NCBI GenBank assembly: GCA_021812345.1
Contig: JAKANP010000003.1
Coordinates: 82 to 64,081 of the forward strand
Reading direction: 5' to 3'
Length of the DNA: 64,000 bases
Source of the DNA: a bacterium
GTDB taxonomy: Bacteria; Patescibacteriota; Minisyncoccia; UBA6257; JAGOQP01
The notes beneath the pieces are model-generated. The model was not told the DNA's origin. It saw only the letters and a program-made list of their open reading frames with translations, and searched no databases. Below are positions 29,509 to 39,786 of the stretch, in pieces (within the stretch, counting starts at the first letter, position 1; each line of letters starts with the position of its first letter). Position numbers and translations under genes: made by a program.

Positions 29509-31210
29509 AATCTATTAATTTATATCCTATTTCCTTAACACCTTCAACTTTTTTTATTTTGAGCATTAAATTTTCGGCTTTTTCTTTATTTTCGGCGCCG
29601 ATAACCAACCGAATAAAAGGATATTTATCATTTAAAAATGTTTCCATTTTTATGACCGGAAAGTGATTTCTTGAAATAATTGTCGTTATGTCTTTAATCA
29701 GTCCGATTCTGGATTTGCATGCTATTTTATATTCCGTCTTTTTTGTTGTTGAAGTGGATTTTTTTATGGAATATTTTATTTTTCTTTTGGCATAATGAGT
29801 TTTTACAAAATTAAGCCAGTTTTCGGAGGCGCGCTTGTTTTTCTGAGTTAAAATATCGACAATATCTCCGGATTGGAGCGGAGTATCAAGAGGAGCAATT
29901 TTGTTGTTTATCTTTGCTCCGGCGCAAGAATCTCCTATATTGCTGTGTATGTAGTAGGCAAAATCAACCGGAGTCGAGCCAACCGGAAGGTCAACAACTT
30001 TCCCTTCGGGAGTTAAAACAAATATTCTGTCCGAGAAAAAATCTATTTTTAACGCTTCTATGAATTCTTTTGATCCGGGGAATTGATTTTGCCATTCTTT
30101 GAGTTGTTTGGTCCAAATAGTTTCCTTGGAATCGACTGCCGATATTTTTCCCTGATTGTAATCATCTTTTCCTTTTTTAGATTCGTAAAACCAATGAGCG
30201 GCGCTTCCATTTTCCGCCTGTTCGTGCATTTCGTCTGTTCTTATCTGAAACTCGGTTGGTTTATCATCCACACAAAAAACAGTAGTGTGAAGACTTTGAT
30301 AGCCATTTGGTTTTGGAAGGGCGATGTAATCTTTTATTCTGCCCGGAAGCGGCGGCCATGTTTGATGAATAACTCCAAGCGCCAAATAACATTCTTCAAC
30401 GTTTTTTACGATTATTCTCAAAGCGATTAAGTCATAAATATTTTCCAAATTCAAATCATAACGCAAAAGTTTTTTGTATAAACTGTATAATCTTTTTGCT
30501 CTGTAATCCAAAGATACCGGGACTATTCCGGCTTTTTTTAAATTCGTTAAAACTATCGGCTCCACTTTCTTTAAGTATTTCATTCTTTCATCGTATGACT
30601 CTTTAACCGAACCGATAAGCCATCTATGTTTTTCCGGATAAATATAGGGGAAAGCCAAGTCTTCAAGTTCTCCGGCGATATTTTGCATTCCTAATCTGTA
30701 GGCAATCGGCGCATAAATTTCCGCCGTCTCCAAAGCGATTCTTTTTTGTTTTTGAATGGGAATATGATTAAGAGTTTTCATATTATGCAATCTGTCGGCA
30801 AGTTTTATAAAAATAACTCTTAAATCTTTGCTTATGGCCAGAATCATTTTTCTTAACGATTCTATGCTCTGTTCTTCTTCTTTATATTTTATATTTCCCA
30901 GTTTGGTAACTCCCTCAACCAAAAAAGAAATTTCCTCTCCGAATTTGTCTTTAACTTCCTGAACGGAAACTCCACAATCTTCGATGGTATCATGAAGAAG
31001 TCCTGCCGATATCGATTGATAATCCAGTTGCCATGATGCCAGCTTGAAGGCCGTTTCAAACAAATGAACAAAATAATTTTCTCCACTGGCGCGTTTTTGA
31101 TTTTTATGAGCATTTTTAGCGAAAACAAAAGCTTTGGCAATAACTTGAGCGCCAACCTCGTCGTCGGGAAAATGTTTTTTAAATTCTTTTGTTAGTTTAT
31201 CTAAAGTCAT
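29507..31210 (-). CDS. relA: RelA/SpoT (p)ppGpp synthetase/hydrolase
   Basis: LLHDTIED, KLADRLHNM, PKPNGYQSLHT, EFQIRT, TGS (TPVDFAY) and C-terminal ACT. Confidence 0.93.
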   Translation of the reverse strand: MTLDKLTKEFKKHFPDDEVGAQVIAKAFVFAKNAHKNQKRASGENYFVHLFETAFKLASWQLDYQSISAGLLHDTIEDCGVSVQEVKDKFGEEISFLVEGVTKLGNIKYKEEEQSIESLRKMILAISKDLRVIFIKLADRLHNMKTLNHIPIQKQKRIALETAEIYAPIAYRLGMQNIAGELEDLAFPYIYPEKHRWLIGSVKESYDERMKYLKKVEPIVLTNLKKAGIVPVSLDYRAKRLYSLYKKLLRYDLNLENIYDLIALRIIVKNVEECYLALGVIHQTWPPLPGRIKDYIALPKPNGYQSLHTTVFCVDDKPTEFQIRTDEMHEQAENGSAAHWFYESKKGKDDYNQGKISAVDSKETIWTKQLKEWQNQFPGSKEFIEALKIDFFSDRIFVLTPEGKVVDLPVGSTPVDFAYYIHSNIGDSCAGAKINNKIAPLDTPLQSGDIVDILTQKNKRASENWLNFVKTHYAKRKIKYSIKKSTSTTKKTEYKIACKSRIGLIKDITTIISRNHFPVIKMETFLNDKYPFIRLVIGAENKEKAENLMLKIKKVEGVKEIGYKLID

Positions 31211-33447
31211 GTTTTTACCCGGTCTTTTTTGTGAAATTTTTTTGAAGTTTTATCCTTGGGTTTTTCTTTCCACTGATTATACAACTCGGTCAATTCTTTT
31301 TCGGTTTCGGGTTTTTTATTAATTATAAAATTGCAATCCGGCCAACGCGTGCAGGCATAAAAAGGTTTTCCGCGTCCGCGTCCTTTTTTTTCAACAATAT
31401 CTCCGGGATTGTTTTTTCTTTCCGGAGTATCCAAGCAAAGAGGGCAAACAAATCCCGTCTTGTTCCAAATTCTTGATATCCCTTTACATTTTGGATAGTC
31501 AACGCATCCTAAAAAATATCCAAACCTCCCTCTTTTTACTTTCATTGGTTTCCCGCAGAGAGGGCATTTTTCTCCTCTGGTTTTTTCTTCCAGTTCTTTT
31601 ATTTTTGCCGCTTCTTCGGGCATTGGTAAAGTAATCTTGCTTCCTTCTTGCGGACAGGCTAAAAATTTTCCCATTCTTCCGAATTTAATCAGCATCGGCT
31701 TTCCACAATGAGGACAAAGAGTGTCTGAAATCTGAATATTTTTTTGGACTTCCGACTCTTTTTCGTCAAGATGTTTTTCAAAAGGTATGTAAAATTCTTG
31801 GCAAACATTAACCCACGGAATTTGACCTTGAGCTATTTCATCAAGTTCTTCTTCGATGTGAGCGGTAAAATTAACATCTATTATTTCGGGAAAATGTTCT
31901 ACCAGCATATCGTTAACCATAAATCCGATTTCTGTCGGATGATATTTTTTTTCCGTCTTTTCCACATATCCACGCTCTTGAATCGTTGAAAGAGTCGGGG
32001 CATATGTTGAGGGTCTTCCCACTCCAAAATATTCAAGAGCTTTTATCAATGCGGCATCGGTATATCTTGCCGGCGGTTCGGTAAAATGCTGTATCGGCAA
32101 AATTTCTTTTGAAATAATTTTATCGTTTTCTTTAAGCGAGGGGAGATTATTTTCCTTGTCTTCTTGAGTGTCGCTTTCTCCCGATGAGTATACTTTTAAA
32201 AATCCGTCAAAAATAATCGTCTGCCCCGTCGCTCTAAAAACGTATCTATTGTCTTCATCTTTGATATCAACGGATGTTTGCTGAACTTTTGCGGATTGCA
32301 TTTGACAGGCTATAGTCCTTTTCCAAATTAATGTGTACAAACGGGATTGAGAACGGTCTTTTAAATTTGCCATCTCGGGACTTTTTGCAAGATTTGTCGG
32401 TCTGATAGCTTCGTGAGCTTCCTGAGCTCCTTTTGATTTATTGGTAAAATATCTTGGAGAATCGAGTTGGTAGTTTTTTCCAAACGCCTTTCCGATAATT
32501 TGTTGAGCTTGGCTAAGCGCCGAAAAAGACAAATTGAGACTGTCGGTTCTCATATAAGTTATCAGTCCGTTTTCATAAAGTTTTTGAGCAATAACCATCG
32601 TCTGCTTTGCGGAAAATCCAAATCGTCGCGATGCTTCTTGCTGAAGAGTTGAAGTGGTAAAAGGGGGATAGGGATTTCTGTAAACTTCCTTTTTATTAAT
32701 AGAGGCAACGCTATATTTCAATCCGTTTAAATTGGCGGTTATTTTTTCCGTTTCATTTTTATCGGAAATTTCCATTTTATCCATTTTTTTTCCGTCTATC
32801 GAATAAAGCTTGGCGCTAAATATTTTTTTATCTCCGGCTTTTAAAAAATTTCCTTCTATTGTCCAATATTCCTCTTTGTTAAAGTTTTGTATTTCTCTCT
32901 CTCTTTCAACTATCAAGCGCAAAGCAACGCTTTGAACTCTTCCGGCAGAAAGCCCATATCTTATTTTGTGCCACAAAAACGGAGACAATTTATATCCCAC
33001 CAATCTATCCAAGACTCTTCTCGCTTGCTGAGCGTCGACTAAGTTCTGGTCTATGTTCCTAGGATTTTTTAAGGCGTTTTTTATGGCGTCCTCGGTTATT
33101 TCGTGAAAAACTATTCTTTCGAAATTATTGTTTTTCTTCTTTTTGTCTTTTGATTCGCTTAATATTTGAGCAATGTGCCAGGCAATAGCTTCTCCTTCTC
33201 TGTCTTCGTCGCTTGCCAGAATAACCTCTTGAGCTTTTGATGCTTCTTTTTTTAAAGTCTCCACATTTTCTTTGGCTTTTGTCGGTATGACATAAGTGGG
33301 AAGAAAATTATTTTTTACGTCAATTCCAAGCTTGCTTTTCGGCAAATCTCTAACGTGGCCATAAGATGAAAGCACTTTGAAATCCTTTCCTAAAAATCCG
33401 GAAATCGTCTTTGCTTTTGTGGGTGATTCGACAATTATTAATTTCAT
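31207..33447 (-). CDS. topA: DNA topoisomerase I
   Basis: IVESPTKA, DEDREGEAI, SAGRVQS, ITYMRTD, C-terminal Zn ribbons. Confidence 0.97.
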   Translation of the reverse strand: MKLIIVESPTKAKTISGFLGKDFKVLSSYGHVRDLPKSKLGIDVKNNFLPTYVIPTKAKENVETLKKEASKAQEVILASDEDREGEAIAWHIAQILSESKDKKKKNNNFERIVFHEITEDAIKNALKNPRNIDQNLVDAQQARRVLDRLVGYKLSPFLWHKIRYGLSAGRVQSVALRLIVEREREIQNFNKEEYWTIEGNFLKAGDKKIFSAKLYSIDGKKMDKMEISDKNETEKITANLNGLKYSVASINKKEVYRNPYPPFTTSTLQQEASRRFGFSAKQTMVIAQKLYENGLITYMRTDSLNLSFSALSQAQQIIGKAFGKNYQLDSPRYFTNKSKGAQEAHEAIRPTNLAKSPEMANLKDRSQSRLYTLIWKRTIACQMQSAKVQQTSVDIKDEDNRYVFRATGQTIIFDGFLKVYSSGESDTQEDKENNLPSLKENDKIISKEILPIQHFTEPPARYTDAALIKALEYFGVGRPSTYAPTLSTIQERGYVEKTEKKYHPTEIGFMVNDMLVEHFPEIIDVNFTAHIEEELDEIAQGQIPWVNVCQEFYIPFEKHLDEKESEVQKNIQISDTLCPHCGKPMLIKFGRMGKFLACPQEGSKITLPMPEEAAKIKELEEKTRGEKCPLCGKPMKVKRGRFGYFLGCVDYPKCKGISRIWNKTGFVCPLCLDTPERKNNPGDIVEKKGRGRGKPFYACTRWPDCNFIINKKPETEKELTELYNQWKEKPKDKTSKKFHKKDRVKT

Positions 33448-34316
33448 AATTTAATTTGATAATTAGTTCCTTCTTGAAAAACAAGTTCCTCTAATAATAA
33501 ATTGGATAGAGCGCAGGAAACATCACGAGGATTTAGTTTAGTTATTTGACAGATCTTGTCAACAGAAAGGGGACGAGACGATTTTTTTAATTCATTAAAT
33601 ATCTTTTGCTCATCGGTTTTTAATTCTATTTTTTTATTTTCCTCTCTAATTAAATCATAAGACATATCCGAAAGGAAATCATTAACGCCCGTAATCAGTC
33701 GGGCGCCACTTCTTATCAATTTATGAGATCCGTTGAAATTAAAAGACCCTATTGTCCCGGGCACTACAAAAATAGGTTTTTTCTGCTCGGTGGCAAATTT
33801 TGCCGTTGTCATAGACCCTGATTTAAAAGGCGCTTCAATTACAATAACCGCCGAAGAGAGAGCGCTTATAATTCTGTTTCTCATTAAAAAATTTCCAGGG
33901 AAAGACGGCGTTTGGGGAGGATATTCCGATATTAAGCATCCATTATTTGAAATTATTTTATCGGCTAATTGATTATTTGAAGCCGGATAAATTTTATCCA
34001 GTCCGTTTGCTAAAACGGCAACAGTTTGTCCTCCGGCGTCAACCGCTCCCCGGTGAGCGGATGTATCGATTCCTATCGCCAGTCCGCTGATTATCAAAAA
34101 TCCGTTTTTTGCCAAAGTAAAAGAAAAATCGTAAGCCGTTTTTTCTCCGTAAGCGGAAGCTTTTCTGGTTCCAACGATGGCTACGCAGGTTTTGTTTTTG
34201 GGTATTTCTCCTTTTATATAAATTGATTCTACCGGAGGAATAATGCCGGATAGTTTTTCTAAAAAATCATATTTTTTAAAACTATCGCTTTCTATTTTTG
34301 TAAGATTGTTTTTCAT
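33444..34316 (-). CDS. dprA: DNA-protecting protein DprA
   Basis: AIVGTR, ISGLAIGID, RNRIIS, SGS; C-terminal winged helix. Confidence 0.95.
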   Translation of the reverse strand: MKNNLTKIESDSFKKYDFLEKLSGIIPPVESIYIKGEIPKNKTCVAIVGTRKASAYGEKTAYDFSFTLAKNGFLIISGLAIGIDTSAHRGAVDAGGQTVAVLANGLDKIYPASNNQLADKIISNNGCLISEYPPQTPSFPGNFLMRNRIISALSSAVIVIEAPFKSGSMTTAKFATEQKKPIFVVPGTIGSFNFNGSHKLIRSGARLITGVNDFLSDMSYDLIREENKKIELKTDEQKIFNELKKSSRPLSVDKICQITKLNPRDVSCALSNLLLEELVFQEGTNYQIKL

Positions 34317-34377
34317 CCTTCTTTATTATACAATATAAATAATAACGGCCAATAATTTAAGTTTATATTTTTAATTT

Positions 34378-34920
34378 ATGTTCGATAAAGCGCTTGATTT
34401 CAAAAAAAGTTTTTACATAAATTTGGGAATTTTGGCGGCGATTATTCTGGTTTTTGTGCTGTTTTCTTATCTTTTGAGAATGAGCATCGATCATCAAATT
34501 TCCGTAATCCAAGACATAAATTCCAAAAAATCTTTTGTTTCGGATTCATCAAACAATCTTTCGGTTTTGATAAAACAATGGAATTTTGTAAGAAATTATG
34601 CTCAACAGGTTTCTTTAATGGTGCCGTCCAAAGACAACCTTGTTAATTTTCAAAAAGATTTAAATGATATTTCACAAAAAGACGGAGTTTCTTTGACTTT
34701 TAATTTTGGCTCCGAAACGCCGGCCTCCGGTTCGGGAAGTCTTGGGTCAATAGGATTTTCTTCTATTATTACCGGTTCTCAGTCGGGAATTTTGAACTTC
34801 ATTCAGGATGTTGAAAACAAATATTATTCTCTTAAAATAAGTTCTTTGGAATTGGTTCAGCAATCCGACACGAGTTCCAAATTGTCAATAACCGGACAAG
34901 TATTTTATTCCGGAAAATAA
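34378..34920 (+). CDS. Second PilO-like protein
   Basis: TM helix, VP...L, G....ILNFIQDVE pattern. Confidence 0.6.
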   Translation: MFDKALDFKKSFYINLGILAAIILVFVLFSYLLRMSIDHQISVIQDINSKKSFVSDSSNNLSVLIKQWNFVRNYAQQVSLMVPSKDNLVNFQKDLNDISQKDGVSLTFNFGSETPASGSGSLGSIGFSSIITGSQSGILNFIQDVENKYYSLKISSLELVQQSDTSSKLSITGQVFYSGK

Positions 34921-34921
34921 T

Positions 34922-35167
34922 ATGAAAATAAGCATCGAATCCATCAAAAAAAATAAAAGCGAAATAATTTTTTATTCAGTCGGATTAACTTTGTCCGTTA
35001 TTATTATTTTTGTATTTGTTAATTCTATAGGTTATCTTGTTTCCAGTTTGGAGTCGGCGCTTGAGGTGACTCATTCCAATTATTCTTCGGTAACTTTCAA
35101 TGTTGATTCGCTTAAAACATTGGGGGTGGTAAATTCCATACCGCCTTCCGTTGAGGTTTCTCAATAA
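34922..35167 (+). CDS. Small single-TM hypothetical protein
   Basis: Coupled to the previous ORF; one TM helix. Confidence 0.55.
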   Translation: MKISIESIKKNKSEIIFYSVGLTLSVIIIFVFVNSIGYLVSSLESALEVTHSNYSSVTFNVDSLKTLGVVNSIPPSVEVSQ

Positions 35168-35306
35168 TTTCATCTTGATTTTTTTTGGTTTGCGTATAAA
35201 ATGATTTCATTGGTGTTTTCGCGCAAAATTTATATATAGTGATGCGATTTTTTGCCGGATATGCCATTTTAACAATAAAGTATTGATTCATATTTATTTT
35301 AAAAAA

Positions 35307-35378
35307 GCGCACATAGTTCAGTGGTAGAACGCTGTCCTGATAAGACAGAGGTCCCAGGTTCGATCCCTGGTGTGCGCA
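35307..35378 (+). tRNA. tRNA-Ile(GAT)
   Basis: GCGCACA/TGTGCGC acceptor, CTGTC-CTGATAA-GACAG, CCAGG-TTCGATC-CCTGG. Confidence 0.93.
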
Positions 35379-35404
35379 CACTGCGCTTATTTTACGGGGC
35401 GCAG

Positions 35405-35443
35405 TAAGACAGAGGTCCGGAGGTCCGATCCCTCCCGCGTGCA
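35405..35443 (+). pseudogene. Orphan 3' half of a tRNA-Ile
   Basis: TAAGACAGAGGTCC GGAGG TCCGATC CCTCC CGCGTGCA, starting in the anticodon loop. Confidence 0.7.
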
Positions 35444-35492
35444 CAAATAAAATGTTCAATCGGAATATTTTTTTGTAGGAAAGATAATATAT

Positions 35493-35569
35493 GGGCGTTT
35501 AGCTCAGTTGGTTAGAGCGTCACATTGACATTGTGAAGGTCAGAGGTTCGACTCCTCTAACGCCCACCA
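35493..35569 (+). tRNA. tRNA-Val(GAC)
   Basis: GGGCGTT/AACGCCC acceptor, TCACA-TTGACAT-TGTGA, encoded CCA. Confidence 0.95.
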
Positions 35570-35616
35570 TTTTTATAAACTATGAAAAATACCCAAGGTT
35601 GTGGTATTATTTTTTT

Positions 35617-35955
35617 ATGTCAACAAAAGAAATCCCACCGTCTTTCCCATCAATTCCGACCGGAAATTTGGAGGAGGAAAAAATATTGAATTTGGCGAAA
35701 CAATTAAGAGAGTATTCCACGCAATTAATTCTTCAAAGAAAATACAAAGAGCACAGCGCATATTCCGAAGAAATAAAACAAATGAAAGATAAACTTAAGG
35801 AAAAATACGGAGAAGATGTTTTTTTCAGCTGTAGACTTTATCATTTTTTAATTAAAAGCACGATGCCTCCGGGAACAAAAGAAATTTTTGATTTACCAAA
35901 CGGAGAATGGTCGGAATTTATCGAAAAAAAAGCAAAAGAATTCGGAATTAATTAA
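35617..35955 (+). CDS. Hypothetical protein
   Basis: ATG at 35617 (MSTKEIP); the longer ORF-track start lies inside tRNA-Val. Confidence 0.6.
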   Translation: MSTKEIPPSFPSIPTGNLEEEKILNLAKQLREYSTQLILQRKYKEHSAYSEEIKQMKDKLKEKYGEDVFFSCRLYHFLIKSTMPPGTKEIFDLPNGEWSEFIEKKAKEFGIN

Positions 35956-35966
35956 TTTTTATTATT

Positions 35967-36299
35967 ATGACTTTTAATGAGTATCAAAATGAATCAAAAA
36001 AGACGGCAAAATATCCCAAAATAGACGGCAAGGGATATTTGTATCCGGTTTTGGGACTTGCCGGAGAGGCCGGCGAAGTTGCCGAAAAAATAAAAAAAGT
36101 TTTTAGGGATAAAAATGGTAAAATTTCCGATGAAACAAGAATTGAAATTATTAAAGAGCTTGGAGATGTGCTTTGGTATTTATCACAGATTTCTTTGGAG
36201 CTTGAGGTTCCTTTTGATAAAGTGGCTGAAGAAAATTTAAAGAAACTCGCTTCTCGTTTTGAGAGAAACAAAATTTCAGGAAATGGAGATAACAGATAA
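35967..36299 (+). CDS. MazG-like nucleotide pyrophosphohydrolase
   Basis: LGLAGEAGEVAEKIKK, ELGDVLWY, GNGDNR. Confidence 0.9.
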   Translation: MTFNEYQNESKKTAKYPKIDGKGYLYPVLGLAGEAGEVAEKIKKVFRDKNGKISDETRIEIIKELGDVLWYLSQISLELEVPFDKVAEENLKKLASRFERNKISGNGDNR

Positions 36300-36305
36300 A
36301 AAACA

Positions 36306-36995
36306 ATGGAAATTCCGATTATTTATCAAAATAAAAATTTCATTGCCATAAATAAGCCGGCCGGGCTTTTGGTCCATTCTTCGGATTATCAATCAAAAAA
36401 TGAGCCGACATTGGTTGATTGGATTTTAAAAAAATTTCCTCAAGTAAAAAATGTCGGAGATGACACAAAGAATCGCCCCGGAATTGTTCATCGCTTGGAT
36501 AAAGACACTTCGGGAATTATGCTTATTCCTCTAACGAGTGAATATTTTTTTTATCTTAAAAAATTATTTCAAGATAAAAAAATAAAAAAAACTTATCTTG
36601 CCGTGGTTAAGGGGGAGGTTAAAGAAAAAATCGGGAAAATAGATAAGCCCATAGGGATAAAATCGGGAACGACAAAACGAACGGTTTTTTCGGATAAAAT
36701 GTCAAAAGAGGCGATAACTGAATATAAATTGGTAAAAAATTTTGAAAAAGAAGGCCAAAAATTTTCACTTTTGGAAGTGAGTCCTCTTACCGGAAGAACC
36801 CATCAAATCAGAGTTCATCTTAATTTTATAAATCATCCTGTTGTGGGAGATAAAATATATGGAGGAAAACAAAACTCGTTATTGGCATCTCGACAGATGC
36901 TTCACTGCTATGCTCTTGAGTTTGAAATTGAACCGGGGAAAACAATGCGGCTCGAGGCTCAGTTGCCGAATGATTTTGAATATCTTATTAAATAA
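36306..36995 (+). CDS. RluA/RluD family pseudouridine synthase
   Basis: NKPAGL, HRLDKDTSG, TGRTHQIRVH. Confidence 0.93.
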   Translation: MEIPIIYQNKNFIAINKPAGLLVHSSDYQSKNEPTLVDWILKKFPQVKNVGDDTKNRPGIVHRLDKDTSGIMLIPLTSEYFFYLKKLFQDKKIKKTYLAVVKGEVKEKIGKIDKPIGIKSGTTKRTVFSDKMSKEAITEYKLVKNFEKEGQKFSLLEVSPLTGRTHQIRVHLNFINHPVVGDKIYGGKQNSLLASRQMLHCYALEFEIEPGKTMRLEAQLPNDFEYLIK

Positions 36996-37037
36996 TTGTA
37001 TTATATTTATAAATTAAAATTAAAGTAATAAAACGAT

Positions 37038-38942
37038 ATGGGAAATAAATTTGAAAGTTTTGATGGGCCGATTAAATCCTCCAAGAAAGAAGAAGAGGCG
37101 ATAAAGAGGGTTGTCGATAATTCCGAAGTGGAGAATGCGATAAAAGAATTAAAAACCGCCGGTGAAATTGCCGTAGAAAAAACCGGTGGCCCGATTCCCA
37201 AAAAAGAAGAAAGGATGGGCAGAGATATGACTGCCGCGGAATTGGCTATGAAAAAAGCCGACGAGATGATTGCTCAAATGGATAACAAACCCAAAGAGAA
37301 AAGCGAATTGCCGGAAAGCAAACCGCAAGATGAAATAGAAGATGTTTTTAAATCTTCGGATGGTATTGCCGAATCAGCCAGTCTTCCGGGTAGCGGCAGT
37401 CCCGGCGGTGGAAATAATGGCAATCCTAAATATGAAACACAGATGGGAGGAGGCCCGGGAGATTCCGGTGACTACCCCACATGTCCAAATTGTGGTAAAA
37501 AAATACTTCCCGGGAAAGAAGAATATCACAGAACAAAACAATGTTTATTGGAAAATCCTGATAGCAATGTTTTGAAAGTTAATTCTCACATTGAATTTGG
37601 ACCGGGAGTAACTATTGAAGATTTAGAAAATGAATTAGCCAGAAAAGAAAAAGAACTCCAGGATCTTGAGGGCACTACTCCGGATAATTTTATTTTCAAA
37701 GACACTTTCAGTAGAGAAGATATAGAAAAAACTATAGAAAATAATAAACGACAGCTTAAAAAAGAAATTGAAAGATTGAAAAAGGAGATAGAAAAAATGA
37801 AAGCTGACGCCGAAAGGGAAAAAATACTTTCCGAATTAAATGCCAAGCTTTTAGATGCTCAAGAAAATTTGGAAAAAGCCAAAATGAGCGCCAAACCGAT
37901 GGAAATCGCATATTGGGAAGATATTATTAAAAAAATTAAAGAAGAAATATCAAAATACGAAAAAGGCATAATCCCCGGAGCAATTGATGCGATTAAAAAA
38001 GCTTTCGAATCTTTTAAAGACAGCAATGCGTGGGGATTTATAAAAGAAAGAGCAAAAGGCTTTGGGACTTTCGGTTTTTGGGAATTTCATCAGGCGGAAA
38101 GATTAAGAAGCGGAACAGCTAAAACAGGAAAGACAATCGAGGAGCAGGCAAAACTGATTTCGGAAGAAAAGCATTTGGATTTAAATGCCGCTTTGGAGGA
38201 AGCTTCCCATATGGAAAAAGTTTTTGATGCCGCCGGAATTGATCCGACCGACAGGAGAAAAGAAGAATACGATCTTTTATCAGAAAAAATAACCGATAGA
38301 AAAAAACAGGAAAATGAAGTTGTTATTAAAAAAATAATTGATGGAATTCCGGCCGCTCTCGAAAGTCGAAACGTGCAAAAATATAGGGAAGCCAATACCG
38401 GTAAAATAGCTATGACTCCGGAAAAAATAAAAGATTTGCAGGAGAAAATCAGGATTGAGCTCGAAAAAATGAAAGACGGCACTGCTCGTCAGGATGTTGA
38501 AAAATATGCAACAGTTATGAGAAGAGGATTGGATCCAAAGTGGTGGTCAAGATATATTTATGGCGGATTGGAAACTGCACTGGATGCTATTGGAGTTAAG
38601 TTGATTCTTTCCAAAGTTTTAGCGGAAAAATCGGTTGCGGCGGTTTCGGAAAAAGCTCCCGGACTGGTTTCATCCCATAGTTCTGCCGAAAAAAGCGTTG
38701 AAATTGGAATGAGAGATAATGTTTGGAATGAATCGCGAAGATTCCTTGTTAAAGAGGGAATTTCCAATCCTTCAAACAAACAAGTTCTTGAAGCTGCCAG
38801 AACCGTGGCGCAAGAAAGCGGAGTGACAGTCCCGGAATGGGGAATAAACGGACATATTTTAAGCACCAAGATGCCAGCAGGTTATTTGCTTAAAATGGGG
38901 GGAGTTATAAAAAAATTATTAATGATAAAATCGTTGGGATAA
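37038..38942 (+). CDS. Large charged coiled-coil hypothetical protein with putative Zn finger
   Basis: 634-aa ORF; CPNC-x10-H-x4-C; Glu/Lys-rich helices. Confidence 0.75.
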   Translation: MGNKFESFDGPIKSSKKEEEAIKRVVDNSEVENAIKELKTAGEIAVEKTGGPIPKKEERMGRDMTAAELAMKKADEMIAQMDNKPKEKSELPESKPQDEIEDVFKSSDGIAESASLPGSGSPGGGNNGNPKYETQMGGGPGDSGDYPTCPNCGKKILPGKEEYHRTKQCLLENPDSNVLKVNSHIEFGPGVTIEDLENELARKEKELQDLEGTTPDNFIFKDTFSREDIEKTIENNKRQLKKEIERLKKEIEKMKADAEREKILSELNAKLLDAQENLEKAKMSAKPMEIAYWEDIIKKIKEEISKYEKGIIPGAIDAIKKAFESFKDSNAWGFIKERAKGFGTFGFWEFHQAERLRSGTAKTGKTIEEQAKLISEEKHLDLNAALEEASHMEKVFDAAGIDPTDRRKEEYDLLSEKITDRKKQENEVVIKKIIDGIPAALESRNVQKYREANTGKIAMTPEKIKDLQEKIRIELEKMKDGTARQDVEKYATVMRRGLDPKWWSRYIYGGLETALDAIGVKLILSKVLAEKSVAAVSEKAPGLVSSHSSAEKSVEIGMRDNVWNESRRFLVKEGISNPSNKQVLEAARTVAQESGVTVPEWGINGHILSTKMPAGYLLKMGGVIKKLLMIKSLG

Positions 38943-38977
38943 TAAAATAAAATTATTATTAAGAAAATCTTAAAAAT

Positions 38978-39286
38978 ATGGAAAATAATTTTGAAAAAAT
39001 CGGAGAATTATTGGCAAAGTCGCCTTTAGATAAAGAAATCAAAGATGTTGTTTTGGAAAATTTGGATAAAATGCCGGAAAATGCATTAAATGATTTGGCT
39101 TATTCCTTAGAAAAAGAAGATGAACAACTTGAAAATATTTCCAAGATATTAAAAGATTTTGACGCCGATCAAGACGCAAGATGGAACAATTTGGAAGTCA
39201 AGCAAAAAGAAATTGCCGATAAAATGATAGATGAAGCAATAAACGAAATATCAAGCGATGGAAAAGCAGAAGAGAAAGTTAACTAA
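38978..39286 (+). CDS. Acidic helical hypothetical protein
   Basis: 102-aa ORF with normal codon style. Confidence 0.65.
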   Translation: MENNFEKIGELLAKSPLDKEIKDVVLENLDKMPENALNDLAYSLEKEDEQLENISKILKDFDADQDARWNNLEVKQKEIADKMIDEAINEISSDGKAEEKVN

Positions 39287-39333
39287 ATTTATTTTTGACA
39301 ATTTGGTTTTTGTATAGTATTATCTTGACTACT

Positions 39334-39660
39334 ATGTTATCCAAAGAAATTTCCGAAAAAATAAAATCCGGCGCTCTTGTGTCGGTAGTTGAAAGAATCA
39401 AAGAGGGCGATAAAGAAAGACAGAGCCAATTTAAGGGCATTGTTTTATCAAGAAAGCATGGCGATCAGCCCGGGGCAACTTTCACTGTTAGAGCGGTCGT
39501 CGATGGAGTGGGTGTTGAAAAAATTTATCCTTTATTGTCGCCGAATATCGTTTCGGTAAAAATAATTTCTTCTCCCAAAAAAGTGGGACGTTCGAAACTT
39601 TATTATTTGAGAAAAGTTTCCAAAAAGAAATCAAGGCAGAAAATCGGAGTAACGGCATAA
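39334..39660 (+). CDS. rplS: 50S ribosomal protein L19
   Basis: EGDKERQSQFKG, TFTVR, GVGVEK, RSKLYYLR; ATG at 39334. Confidence 0.95.
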   Translation: MLSKEISEKIKSGALVSVVERIKEGDKERQSQFKGIVLSRKHGDQPGATFTVRAVVDGVGVEKIYPLLSPNIVSVKIISSPKKVGRSKLYYLRKVSKKKSRQKIGVTA

Positions 39661-39694
39661 ATTCAAATCAAATATCAAATCTAAAATATAAAAA

Positions 39695-39724
39695 CAAAAA
39701 CAGGGGATCATACCCCTGTTTTTG
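39695..39724 (+). terminator. Intrinsic terminator after rplS
   Basis: CAAAAACAGGGG-atcata-CCCCTGTTTTTG. Confidence 0.75.
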
Positions 39725-39786
39725 GTAAAATACATTGTTATGCGCTAATACCTTGAGCGAAATATTATATTTGATAAAATATAAAT

